Shown piece after piece: positions 9,525 through 18,269 of a stretch of 64,000 nt of DNA (positions are counted from its first letter, which is position 1; each line of letters starts with the position of its first letter). The notes under the pieces were generated by a model. That model was not told the DNA's origin. It did not search any database and was given only the letters and a program-made list of their open reading frames with translations. This DNA comes from Phycisphaeraceae bacterium (GTDB lineage: Bacteria; Planctomycetota; Phycisphaerae; Phycisphaerales; Phycisphaeraceae). Made by a program: the position numbers and the translations under genes. The stretch lies in NCBI GenBank assembly GCA_963674705.1, contig OY771506.1, positions 2,816,001-2,880,000 of the forward strand, given 5' to 3'.

Positions 9525-10569
9525 TAGAGCGTCTTCCAATCTCATGTAGCATACCCGCAGCTGCGGAAGTAGTTGCGGCACTCGTCCAGGGATACCGCAC
9601 GCAACGCCCGACCGATCGCCTCAATCAGTTTGTCGTGGGTCCGTGCGGCGGCGGCACGCAGCAGGGCTTTGACCTTGCTCCACATCTTCTCGATCGGGTT
9701 GAAGTCCGGTGAGTACGGCGGTAAGTACCACAGGTCACAGCCCGCCGCTTCGATCGCTTCACGCACCCCGCGCACCTTATGCGACGCCAGGTTATCCATC
9801 ACCACGATCTGGCCTTGCTTCAGCGCCGGGGCCAGGCAACGCTCGACGTAGCCTCGGAACAGCGCCGCATCCGTCGCGCCGTCGAAGGCCAGCGTCGCCC
9901 GTTGGATCACACCCTCACAACCGATCGCGCTGAGCATCGTCGTCGTACGCCAGTGGCTGTGCGGCGCCGCGGCGTCCAGCCGGCAACCGCGTCCGGCCCA
10001 GCCCCGCAGGCGGGTCATGTTCGTCCTCGCGCCCGATTCATCCAGGAAAACAAGCTGCTTAGGCTCGATGAACCGTGTGGCGATGCGGAAGTTCACACGC
10101 TGCTGCTTCACATCCGCGCGGTCCTGCTCGCTGGGCCGTAATGACTTTTTTTAAACGTCCACCCCAGCTTCCAACGCACCGTCCGCCACATCGTGCCCAG
10201 CCCGCAACGGATGCCCAGCTCACGCTCACAACGCACACGCAACGCATCCAGCGTCGTGTCCGGCTTCTGCTTGAGCATCGCATGTACACGCTGCAGGTCT
10301 TCGCCGGTGAACCGGCTGACGTAGTCGCCGCCCTGAGGCCGCGGCGAGATCCCCTCGCCTTCACGACGCCGTTGCTTGAGCCGACGCACCCACGAGGCGC
10401 TGACCGAGAACCGCTTGGCCACCTCACGCGTGCCGTGCCCGGCATCACACGCCGCCAACACCCGCTTCCGCAGATCCATTGAATATGCCTTCATCAAAGC
10501 CTCCTTGCTTGAAGGCACAGCATAATCACTTGTGTACAAGGGCGCTACAGTGGCGTGGAAGATGCTCTA
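9525..10569 (-). mobile_element. Complete IS630-family insertion sequence (coordinates include both TA copies)
   Basis: Inverted ends TAGAGCGTCTTCCA (9525-9538) and TGGAAGATGCTCTA (10556-10569), each within CTAG, consistent with a TA duplication; encloses HTH and DDE ORFs. Confidence 0.92.
9542..10494 (-). CDS. IS630 transposase expressed via a -1 frameshift
   Basis: orfA MKAYSMDLRKRV (ATG 10494, RBS AAGGAGG); slippery TTT-AAAAAAA-G at 10145-10155 gives FKKKSLRPSEQDRADV; DDE residues in FLDESG, VMDNL and NPIEKMW. Confidence 0.9.
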
Positions 10570-10633
10570 GCTGTTCGGGGGTGAGATCCTGCTCTTGCAT
10601 GTTGTGATCCCAGAAGCCAGCAAGATTTATGAA

Positions 10634-10719
10634 TGCCGGTGGAGGGACTCGAACCCACACTCTGTTTAACCAGAAGCGGATTTTGAATCCGCCGCGTCTG
10701 CCAATTCCGCCACACCGGC
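10634..10719 (-). tRNA. tRNA-Leu (anticodon CAA), CCA not encoded
   Basis: GCCGGTG acceptor stem, GGCGGAATTGGCAGACGC D arm, GCGGA-TTCAAAA-TCCGC anticodon arm, long variable arm, GGTTCGAGTCC T loop. Confidence 0.96.
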
Positions 10720-10903
10720 GTGGTGTAGACAGGGCAAGTTACTCGGGTTACCGGTTCTCGGCAAGTGCCCGAGAGTCCGGGGCTTATGGTCGGGATTATC
10801 AGGGCGACAGAAAAATCTTCAAAAAATCTCCAATCGCGCCATAAATGCGCACGGCGTTCGACATCCAAGTAGCGGATACGAGATCCGCGGAGCCCGGTTG
10901 CGA

Positions 10904-10920
10904 TTGTAAATCGTTTACAA
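10904..10920. promoter_or_regulatory. Palindromic candidate operator abutting the RBS of the PspA-like gene
   Basis: TTGTAAA-TCG-TTTACAA directly before AAGGAG and ATG 10934. Confidence 0.4.
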
Positions 10921-10933
10921 AAGGAGATTTAAG

Positions 10934-11812
10934 ATGGTATGCAAATGGGTAAAACGTGGTGCGATCGCCACTGTGGGCTTGACCCTGGTCGGCGGTCTGT
11001 TGTTCGGCGATGACCTGATCAGCTATGTCAAGAGCTCGGCCAACGCGATCCAGGGAACGGTCAAGAGCAACGTCCCGATCGAGTTTGAACTGACTCGGGC
11101 CAAGGACCTGCTCGATGAGATCATCCCTGAGATGCACGCCAACGTCCAGCGGATCGCGACCGAAGAGGTCGAGCTGGCGGCACTCAAGCAAGACATCAAG
11201 GAAAGCGAAGAGAGGCTGGCCGAAGAGCGTGCACGTATGGCCAAGCTGCGTGATGTGGTCACGATCGAGACCGCCAGCTACCGGATCGGCGGCAAGAAGT
11301 ACTCACACCAGCAGGTCGTGGACGATCTGAGCCGTCGGCTGGACCGTGTGAAGGAAGCGGAAGTCGTGCTGGAAGGCAAGAAACGCCTGGTCACCCAGCG
11401 TGAAGCGACACTGGCTGCTGCGGAACAGATGCTGCAGAAGACGCAGTCTCAGAAGGCGCTGCTGGAAGACAAGATCGAATCGCTGGCAAGCCAGCACCGC
11501 CTGGTGCAGGCCGCAGCGACCACCTCGCATGTCAAGCTGGACAACAGCAAGCTCGCTCAGACCGAGAAGCTGATCAGCGAGATCCAGAAGCGCCTGGATG
11601 TGGCGGAGCGTGTCCTGGCCCGTGAGAGCGATTTTGTTCAGCCGATCGAGGTCAGCGTGGTGGATGAAGTCGATCTGCTGGCCCAGGTCGATGAATACCT
11701 GTATGGCCCCAGCGACCTGGCCGAATCCACCAAGGACAAGGAACTGGAGCCGGAAGCGCGTCTGGATGATGCCGAAGTGGAACGTTTGGCCGAGGCGCGA
11801 CGTCTTAACTAA
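10934..11812 (+). CDS. PspA/IM30-like coiled-coil protein with an N-terminal signal or anchor
   Basis: Long heptad helices, Pro kink (NVPIEF) after the first helix, AAATTSHVKLDNSKLAQTEKLISEIQKRLDVAE resembling the PspA helix 3-4 region; strong RBS; KWVKR + hydrophobic N-terminus. Confidence 0.65.
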   Translation: MVCKWVKRGAIATVGLTLVGGLLFGDDLISYVKSSANAIQGTVKSNVPIEFELTRAKDLLDEIIPEMHANVQRIATEEVELAALKQDIKESEERLAEERARMAKLRDVVTIETASYRIGGKKYSHQQVVDDLSRRLDRVKEAEVVLEGKKRLVTQREATLAAAEQMLQKTQSQKALLEDKIESLASQHRLVQAAATTSHVKLDNSKLAQTEKLISEIQKRLDVAERVLARESDFVQPIEVSVVDEVDLLAQVDEYLYGPSDLAESTKDKELEPEARLDDAEVERLAEARRLN

Positions 11813-11883
11813 TACAGCTGATGCGGTCCTCGTGCCTACCGGGTTGCGGCGTAGCGCTTGGGGGTGCGGGGGCATTAAATAAA

Positions 11884-11913
11884 CCGTCCGGTCAGTGAAA
11901 GCCGATCGGACGG
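11884..11913 (+). other. Intra-operon stem-loop after the PspA-like gene
   Basis: CCGTCCGGTC...GATCGGACGG hairpin without a U tract. Confidence 0.55.
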
Positions 11914-11953
11914 ATTCGAGAGCGAAAAGGGCGGATAACTAGCCAGGAGTTGA

Positions 11954-12208
11954 ATGATGAATGCATCAGAATCCAAGCTGCTGGCCGAGGCCGACCGGAT
12001 GAGTGAATCGATGCTGGTCCGCCTGGAAGACTGGGAACTGGCCTATCTGAAGGCGGCGATGCTGCATCAGCTCGAAGAAACGCTCAGCGAATCGCTTCAA
12101 CAAGATCAACAAGGTCCCACCCTTAGCCCCGATCGGGAGGCAGTGATCCAAGGCTGCACTCCCGTGCGGGGTTATCCTCACAGCCAGATTGCGGAGATGA
12201 GCCGGTGA
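11954..12208 (+). CDS. Small hypothetical protein
   Basis: RBS AGGAG at 11945; stop overlaps the next start (GTGA). Confidence 0.65.
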   Translation: MMNASESKLLAEADRMSESMLVRLEDWELAYLKAAMLHQLEETLSESLQQDQQGPTLSPDREAVIQGCTPVRGYPHSQIAEMSR

Positions 12209-13812
12209 ACTTCTTGCGCATCAAACAAGCGCAGTGTGCCCTGGCCGACGGTCGGCTGGATGAGGCGCACAAACTGCTGAGCCAGGAATCGGTGCGTTCG
12301 CATCGTCACGGCCAGCGGTTGGCGACGAAGTTGATCGCTGCCTACGTCAAGCGCGGGCAGGGCCATCTCGATGCAGGCCGACTGCATGAAGCATTGGCGG
12401 ATTGCGAAAAGGCCAATTCGCTTGGCGGTCATGGTGCGGAAGTTTCTGAATTGCGTCAGAAGATCGCGAATCAGATGAGCGAGAAGCGGCACAATGTTGA
12501 ACTGCATAACGTTGCACTGGGTGCGGCACGGCAGCATGCAAACAATGGTTTTCTTTCTCGTGGGATCGCTCTATTAAAGACAGCGAATAATGACAGCGCC
12601 ACCGTGTTGCAGGCTGAACAGGAAATCGAACTGCATCGCGTGAAAGCAGAAGCCGCGATCGAACGCGGCGGTGCGGCATTGGATCGTGAAGACTGGGCGG
12701 CGGCCGGGCATCATCTGGCCGAGGCCCGTCGGTTGCGTCCGTATGACAAGCAGGTCGAGGAGCTTGCAGGTCGTTTGACGAAGCAGGCATCGGCGCGTGT
12801 GCGTGAATCGCTGAACCGTGGCCGGGTCGATCAGGCGGAGGCATTGCTTCGAGCGGTCGGGCCGGCGGCGGGGGATGACCTGGCGATCCGCGAGCTGCGT
12901 GAAGCAATCAACTTGATCGTGAAGACGACGGATGCACTGACATATGGAGATGCACGGACCGCGGGGCGTGAGTTACGGAAGATGAAGGCCTTATTGCCTG
13001 ACGCCGGCTGGATCGATGATGCGATTAAACATGCAGACAGCATCGTGACCAGCCGCGAAGCGTTAGCCGGTGGGCCGCTCGGGCTGATTTCGGATGGGTA
13101 CGCATCCGCAGCCCGCAGCGCCCCATCTTTGCAGGATCGGTCAAAGAAAGATTCAGGACCGGTGACGCCGATCGCTTACAATAACGGTGTGAACGTGCGC
13201 AATGATGCCATCGGGAGCCTGGACGTGTTGCCGGATCATTTTCTGATCCAGGTGGACGGCTGCGGCGCGTCGTGGGTGACTGAGAAGTCGGCCGTGAGTG
13301 TCGGGCCGGTCAGTTCGGCGGAGCGGCCTGATGTGGGCCTGATCGCCGACCCGAGCGCCCCGACGATCACGATCCGACGTGTTGAGGACGATTATTTTCT
13401 GCGAGCGCCACGGCCGGTGAATGTGAACGGCAAGGCGGTGCAGGAAGGATTGCTCAATGACGGTGACAAGATTGAATTGTCGCCGCGTTGCCGGTTCAAG
13501 TTCCGGATGCCGCACGCGGCGAGCACCTCGGCGGTGATCGATCTGTCAGCCGGCGCACGGATGGCGCGGGCTGATGTCAAGCGTGTTGTATTGCTTGACA
13601 AGCAGATCGTGATGGGCGCGGGGCCTGCCTGCCAAGTGCGAGCCGATGCGGCGGAGCAGCCGATCATTCTTTGCAAGCGTGAGGGCAAGCTGGTTTGTCA
13701 GACGCGAGAACAAGTGGAAGTCGGGGGCGAGGCGTGTGACGCTTCGCAAGGGGTCCCGGTGGACAAGTCTGTGTGTGTAGGATCGGTGACGTTCCGTATC
13801 ACGCAAGCCTGA
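12205..13812 (+). CDS. TPR-like helical repeats plus tandem degenerate FHA-like domains
   Basis: GRLDEA / GRLHEA / GRVDQA helical repeats; VNVNGKAV...LNDGDKIEL FHA C-terminal signature; a second beta-rich repeat follows. Confidence 0.7.
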   Translation: MNFLRIKQAQCALADGRLDEAHKLLSQESVRSHRHGQRLATKLIAAYVKRGQGHLDAGRLHEALADCEKANSLGGHGAEVSELRQKIANQMSEKRHNVELHNVALGAARQHANNGFLSRGIALLKTANNDSATVLQAEQEIELHRVKAEAAIERGGAALDREDWAAAGHHLAEARRLRPYDKQVEELAGRLTKQASARVRESLNRGRVDQAEALLRAVGPAAGDDLAIRELREAINLIVKTTDALTYGDARTAGRELRKMKALLPDAGWIDDAIKHADSIVTSREALAGGPLGLISDGYASAARSAPSLQDRSKKDSGPVTPIAYNNGVNVRNDAIGSLDVLPDHFLIQVDGCGASWVTEKSAVSVGPVSSAERPDVGLIADPSAPTITIRRVEDDYFLRAPRPVNVNGKAVQEGLLNDGDKIELSPRCRFKFRMPHAASTSAVIDLSAGARMARADVKRVVLLDKQIVMGAGPACQVRADAAEQPIILCKREGKLVCQTREQVEVGGEACDASQGVPVDKSVCVGSVTFRITQA

Positions 13813-13862
13813 GAGGTTTTTGAGGGCAGTCATGGCCGGCTGACAGCCGGTGGGGCAAAACG

Positions 13863-16538
13863 ATGCACACTTACCAATACCAACCCGGTGACAAGCCATT
13901 AGAAGGCTACACCATCAAGAGCGCCGCGGGGCACGGCGGATTCGGCGAGGTGTACTACGCCGTCAGTGACTCCGGCCGGGAGGTCGCGCTCAAGGCGGTG
14001 CAAGGCTTTGAGCAGATCGAATTGCGTGGCATACGCCAGTGCATGAACCTCAAGAGCCCGCACCTGGTCACCATTTTTGATGTCAAGCACAACGACAAAG
14101 GTCAGCCGTTCGTTCTGATGGAATACGTCGCGGGGCCGTCGCTGCGTGACCTGATCGATGAATCTCCGGGTGGATTGGGCGCTCAGAAGGCGGCGTTCTT
14201 CCTGCGTGAAATCGCCAAGGGTTTGAGCTACCTGCATGACTGCGGGATCGTTCACCGCGACCTGAAGCCTGCGAACATTTTCTATGAAAACGGCTACGTG
14301 AAGATCGGCGATTACGGCTTAAGCAAAGCGATCAGCGCCGATCATCACCAGAGCCAGACCGTGACCGTCGGGACGGTGCATTACATGGCTCCCGAGGTCG
14401 GTGCGGGCAAATATGACCGCAGTATCGATATCTATGCACTCGGTGTGTTGCTGTATGAAATGCTGACCGGGCATGTGCCATTTAAGGGCGATACGCCTAG
14501 CGAGGTGTTGTATAAGCACCTTTCGTCGACGCCTGAGCTTGATGAAATTGAAGAGCCTTTCCGGGCAGCGATTAGCAAGGCGATGGTCAAGGACCCGGCC
14601 GAGCGGTATCAGAGCGTCAACGACCTGGTCGAGACGGTGTTCGGCGAAGAGCGGATGAAGCAGAGCATGGCCAGCTTCAGCGCGGCCGATTTGAGCATGG
14701 TCGCCGGTCAGGTGGCTGCGAAGGTGCGGCACAACGCGGGCCAGGACGCCGGCGGCGGGGCGGCGGTCGCGACGGCGGATAGTAAACCGGGCAGTACCGG
14801 CAAGGTTCCGTTTGAGCACCTGGCCGACACGATCCAGCACCGCATGGAACACGTCAGCCGAACGATCGACAACAAGCTGTTCACACGTGGGAAGTACCAA
14901 GGTGCCGCACATGGTGGTTTTGGTGATCCGGCGCGTGATCCGATGGGCGCGTTTCAGCGGAAGCTACTGGCATTGATCGCGCTTTGCCTGGTGACGTGGG
15001 GCGCAGGTTATCTTTCGGGAATCGATTCGGGTAAGGCTGGTTTCTTTGCGATGATGGCCGGCTTGGGCGCGATGTCCGGGCTGGTGTTTTCGCAGTGGAA
15101 GTTGATGCCGGGATTAAAGAACGAATCGGGCATGATCAAGCGTCTTGCGCTGGGTGGGTTGGGCATCCTGGGCGCGGGTTTCATGGGCTGGATCTTGGCG
15201 ATGGGCAACTACAGCCAATATCGCGATGTTTTCAGTTACACATTGATCGCGATTGCGGTGCCGCTGTTCTTGATCGACTGGTCGAAGCAGATGTCCTGCG
15301 GGCGGGCAGACCGCTTGTCTTTAGGTTCTGCGTTAGGTGCGGGGTTGTTGGGTTGGATCGCGTCGTGGTTCATGCATGACGCCAGCGGGATGCTTGCGTT
15401 CGGTATCCCCGCGGCGATCGCGCTGGCGGTGCAGGCGATCAGTCCGTTCGATCCGACGACGATCGAAGACTGGGCGCTGGATGACGATGATGACATCCCT
15501 CCGCCGCGAGATACCCAGGCGCGTAAAGCGCCACCGGCCCCGGGCGCCGGCGGCAAAGCCTCTTATTTACCGCCACACGCCCGGCGTAAGCAGGCGGCGC
15601 ATCGCACCGAGCAGGTGAACGCGTACTCGGCCGTGGTGACGAAGAACTGTTCTGATAAGAGCCGGTTAGCGGCGCTGCTGCTGGCGTGTATGTCGTATCT
15701 CATCCCGATCTGCGGCCTGCATCGGTTCTATGTCGGTAAGGTCGGCACGGGTATCCTGTGGCTGCTTACTTTCGGGTTGTTCGGCATCGGGCAGCTCATT
15801 GATGTGATCCTGATCGCTTGTGGTTCGTTCAACGACGTAAACGGTCGACCCATTACGGAATGGCAGCCGGACGGCTCGCGCACCGTTGTGTCTACGCCTA
15901 AACCGCATGGACACGTTGTTTCCAGTAAAACTCAGCCGCATCTTCATCATCCGGAGAGGCGGCATTCGCAGGGGTTCGTCGGTGTCTTGCTCTCGCTGGT
16001 CGCGACGATCATGATCTTTCTAGGGATGATCCTCGTGCTTGGGCTTAGCCTGGAGCTGCCTGAAGCGATTGCGGCGAATACGTTCGGCAGCGACATCGGT
16101 CCGTGGCTCAACAACGCGCTGGGCTACGATGATGTTTCCAATGCGGCGGGCTGGCCCGAGTTGATGCAACGTGTCAGTTTCCCGTTGGCGATCATGATGT
16201 TGATCTTCGGCGGCGTCCTGTTGGCGGTCGCGCGGCGACGGGAAGGCGTGATGCATATGTTCCGCGCCTTGTTCGGTGCGGGCGGCATGCTGATCGCGGT
16301 GGCGATCTCGACAGAGATCCTCAACCATTCGCAATCGCTGGACCAGCTTTGGCGTCCGGTGGCCGACCACATCCAGGGCGGCCGGGTCGGCCCGGCGATC
16401 GAAACTTTCATGCAACACACAAACAGCGAACCGTTTGTGTTCTCGGTGATATTCCTGGTCGGCTCGATCCTGATCCTGGCCTGGCCGGCCAAGCGGCGCG
16501 ACGCCGCGGGCCCGCGGCCAATCGGGGAAGGAGCGTAA
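13863..16538 (+). CDS. Hanks-type Ser/Thr protein kinase with multiple TM segments and a TM2 domain
   Basis: GHGGFGEVY, VALK, HRDLKPAN, DYG, GTVHYMAPE, DIYALG; TM2 signature GLHRFYVGKVGTGILWLLTFGLFGIGQLID. Confidence 0.92.
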   Translation: MHTYQYQPGDKPLEGYTIKSAAGHGGFGEVYYAVSDSGREVALKAVQGFEQIELRGIRQCMNLKSPHLVTIFDVKHNDKGQPFVLMEYVAGPSLRDLIDESPGGLGAQKAAFFLREIAKGLSYLHDCGIVHRDLKPANIFYENGYVKIGDYGLSKAISADHHQSQTVTVGTVHYMAPEVGAGKYDRSIDIYALGVLLYEMLTGHVPFKGDTPSEVLYKHLSSTPELDEIEEPFRAAISKAMVKDPAERYQSVNDLVETVFGEERMKQSMASFSAADLSMVAGQVAAKVRHNAGQDAGGGAAVATADSKPGSTGKVPFEHLADTIQHRMEHVSRTIDNKLFTRGKYQGAAHGGFGDPARDPMGAFQRKLLALIALCLVTWGAGYLSGIDSGKAGFFAMMAGLGAMSGLVFSQWKLMPGLKNESGMIKRLALGGLGILGAGFMGWILAMGNYSQYRDVFSYTLIAIAVPLFLIDWSKQMSCGRADRLSLGSALGAGLLGWIASWFMHDASGMLAFGIPAAIALAVQAISPFDPTTIEDWALDDDDDIPPPRDTQARKAPPAPGAGGKASYLPPHARRKQAAHRTEQVNAYSAVVTKNCSDKSRLAALLLACMSYLIPICGLHRFYVGKVGTGILWLLTFGLFGIGQLIDVILIACGSFNDVNGRPITEWQPDGSRTVVSTPKPHGHVVSSKTQPHLHHPERRHSQGFVGVLLSLVATIMIFLGMILVLGLSLELPEAIAANTFGSDIGPWLNNALGYDDVSNAAGWPELMQRVSFPLAIMMLIFGGVLLAVARRREGVMHMFRALFGAGGMLIAVAISTEILNHSQSLDQLWRPVADHIQGGRVGPAIETFMQHTNSEPFVFSVIFLVGSILILAWPAKRRDAAGPRPIGEGA

Positions 16539-16541
16539 GTC

Positions 16542-18230
16542 ATGAGTTCCAGACTCATTTTCATGCCGTTTAGTTTTGGCATCCTCGAACTGATCCTGAT
16601 CGCGGTTCTTATCGTGCTCATCATTAAAGCTGTTACCGGCGATAACCGCGGCGGGAAAGTGATCGTGGGGATCCTCGTCGCGATCGGAACGATTCTGCTC
16701 GTGCCGGTATTGATCCTGGGCCTGATGTTTGTAGCAAGATCGAATACGCAGACTGTTGTGTATAACCAGCAGCAAGCCGTTGCAATTGACGCAGCGGAAC
16801 AGGCGAAGATGGAAGCCGAGCGTGTGCGTCTGGATACGCAACAGATGGCGGCAGAAGTCCAGGCCAAGGCGGACGAGATCCGTCAACGCACTTCGGTCAT
16901 CGTCGATGATGTGGCTACGGTTACGCCACACATCAATCCGCCTGTTATCGCGACACCCGATGTTGCTGAAAGCTACATTGAACCGCCTGCCGTGTATGAA
17001 GCACCTGAGATTGTCGCCCCACAGGCTGTGAATGCGGTGGAGATGAACGATCAGTCGATTCTGCATTCATATGAAGACCCGGGTACCGGGCGAGTCAGTA
17101 CGGTTGCGGTTTCAGCCACCAGAACCTCGGGCGATGCGGCGAGTGTATCTGTTACGGAGCACAGTGCTGCCGCAGCAGGCACGACGCAAGTCGAGGTCCA
17201 ATCGGGCATGACGGTCGCGGGTGTGCCATGGACCGATGCGATCGAGGAGTACCAGGATTTTGAAGCGGATATCTACCCGTCGATGGAAGACGCGGCCGAG
17301 GCGCTTGGTAGGCGCGTGGGTCAGCGATTGATGCAGGACCTTGGGGACACGGAAGCGGAAGGGGCGGACGCCCCGTATGTATACGTCTGGCGTGATGAAG
17401 CCGACGGGGGCGATGCGGCGTTCATCTCGCGCGATGTGCTTGAAGCAGTCGCGCGTGGATTGAAGCAGAAGATGTTCGACCCGGCGTATGTCTCGGTGGA
17501 ACGGCCGGTCAATGGGACATCGGTAGTTGTGGCGATCCAGGAACTGCGGTTTGAGAACCACAACCGTTGGCGCAAACAAGTGGAATCCAAGATCGGGGGA
17601 TTGGCGCTGCGGGTGAAGACAGCGGATGATGCGTTCTCCATCTCGACGCGGTTTGCAGATAAGCCCTGGCTTGTCGACCGTAGCGGTTTTACGCACGATT
17701 TTAATAACAATCCCTGGCTCGTCGCGTATTCCGACAGCACGCATACCCAGCAGAGCGACGCGTACTGGGATGCGGTGCACAAGGCGGCGGACGCGGTGTT
17801 GCCTATGGCTGAGGCTAGGATCAGTCAGCTTTCCGGTGCCGATCAGCAGCGGTTCCACCAGCAGCTTGCCAAGAACAGCAACTGGCTGCGTGACCGTGTC
17901 GCGGATGAGTTGGTGTCGCGGAACCTGGTGACGGATCAATTCACACAGCAATTCGATAAGCCGGCCTATACGGTCTGGCGGGATGCGGTGCTCGTGAATG
18001 CAACGCCGCAGCAGATCGAAGAGATCGCGCGGTCATTGGTGCAGGGGATTAACGTACAGGTGCAGCACAAACGCAGCGTAATCTTTTCTTACATGGCGCT
18101 GGGTGTGCTGATCTTAGGCACCTATCTGTTCCTGAACGTGGCGACGAAGGGTTACTATACTTGGTCGTTGCGTCTGGCATTGATCATCAGCCTGGGCGTG
18201 GTCGTGTTTCTGTTTATGAGCCTGGCTTGA
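16542..18230 (+). CDS. Membrane protein with N- and C-terminal TM pairs and a large extracytoplasmic domain
   Basis: 3 bp after the kinase with RBS GGAG; hydrophobic pairs at both ends. Confidence 0.75.
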   Translation: MSSRLIFMPFSFGILELILIAVLIVLIIKAVTGDNRGGKVIVGILVAIGTILLVPVLILGLMFVARSNTQTVVYNQQQAVAIDAAEQAKMEAERVRLDTQQMAAEVQAKADEIRQRTSVIVDDVATVTPHINPPVIATPDVAESYIEPPAVYEAPEIVAPQAVNAVEMNDQSILHSYEDPGTGRVSTVAVSATRTSGDAASVSVTEHSAAAAGTTQVEVQSGMTVAGVPWTDAIEEYQDFEADIYPSMEDAAEALGRRVGQRLMQDLGDTEAEGADAPYVYVWRDEADGGDAAFISRDVLEAVARGLKQKMFDPAYVSVERPVNGTSVVVAIQELRFENHNRWRKQVESKIGGLALRVKTADDAFSISTRFADKPWLVDRSGFTHDFNNNPWLVAYSDSTHTQQSDAYWDAVHKAADAVLPMAEARISQLSGADQQRFHQQLAKNSNWLRDRVADELVSRNLVTDQFTQQFDKPAYTVWRDAVLVNATPQQIEEIARSLVQGINVQVQHKRSVIFSYMALGVLILGTYLFLNVATKGYYTWSLRLALIISLGVVVFLFMSLA

Positions 18231-18269
18231 ATCGATATTTCAACCTGAGAGCAAGGATACACGAACCCC

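Larger units (their letters stand above)
9198..10600 (-). pseudogene. Small membrane protein gene interrupted at codon 11 by IS630
   Basis: Removing the IS and one TA copy rejoins MQEQDLTPEQ (ATG 10600) in frame with LVEAVYDGVMQQ...LMWDN*. Confidence 0.8.

Noticed and set aside
10634..10719. Integrative element at tRNA-Leu
   Set aside because: No integrase and no duplicated tRNA 3' end found.
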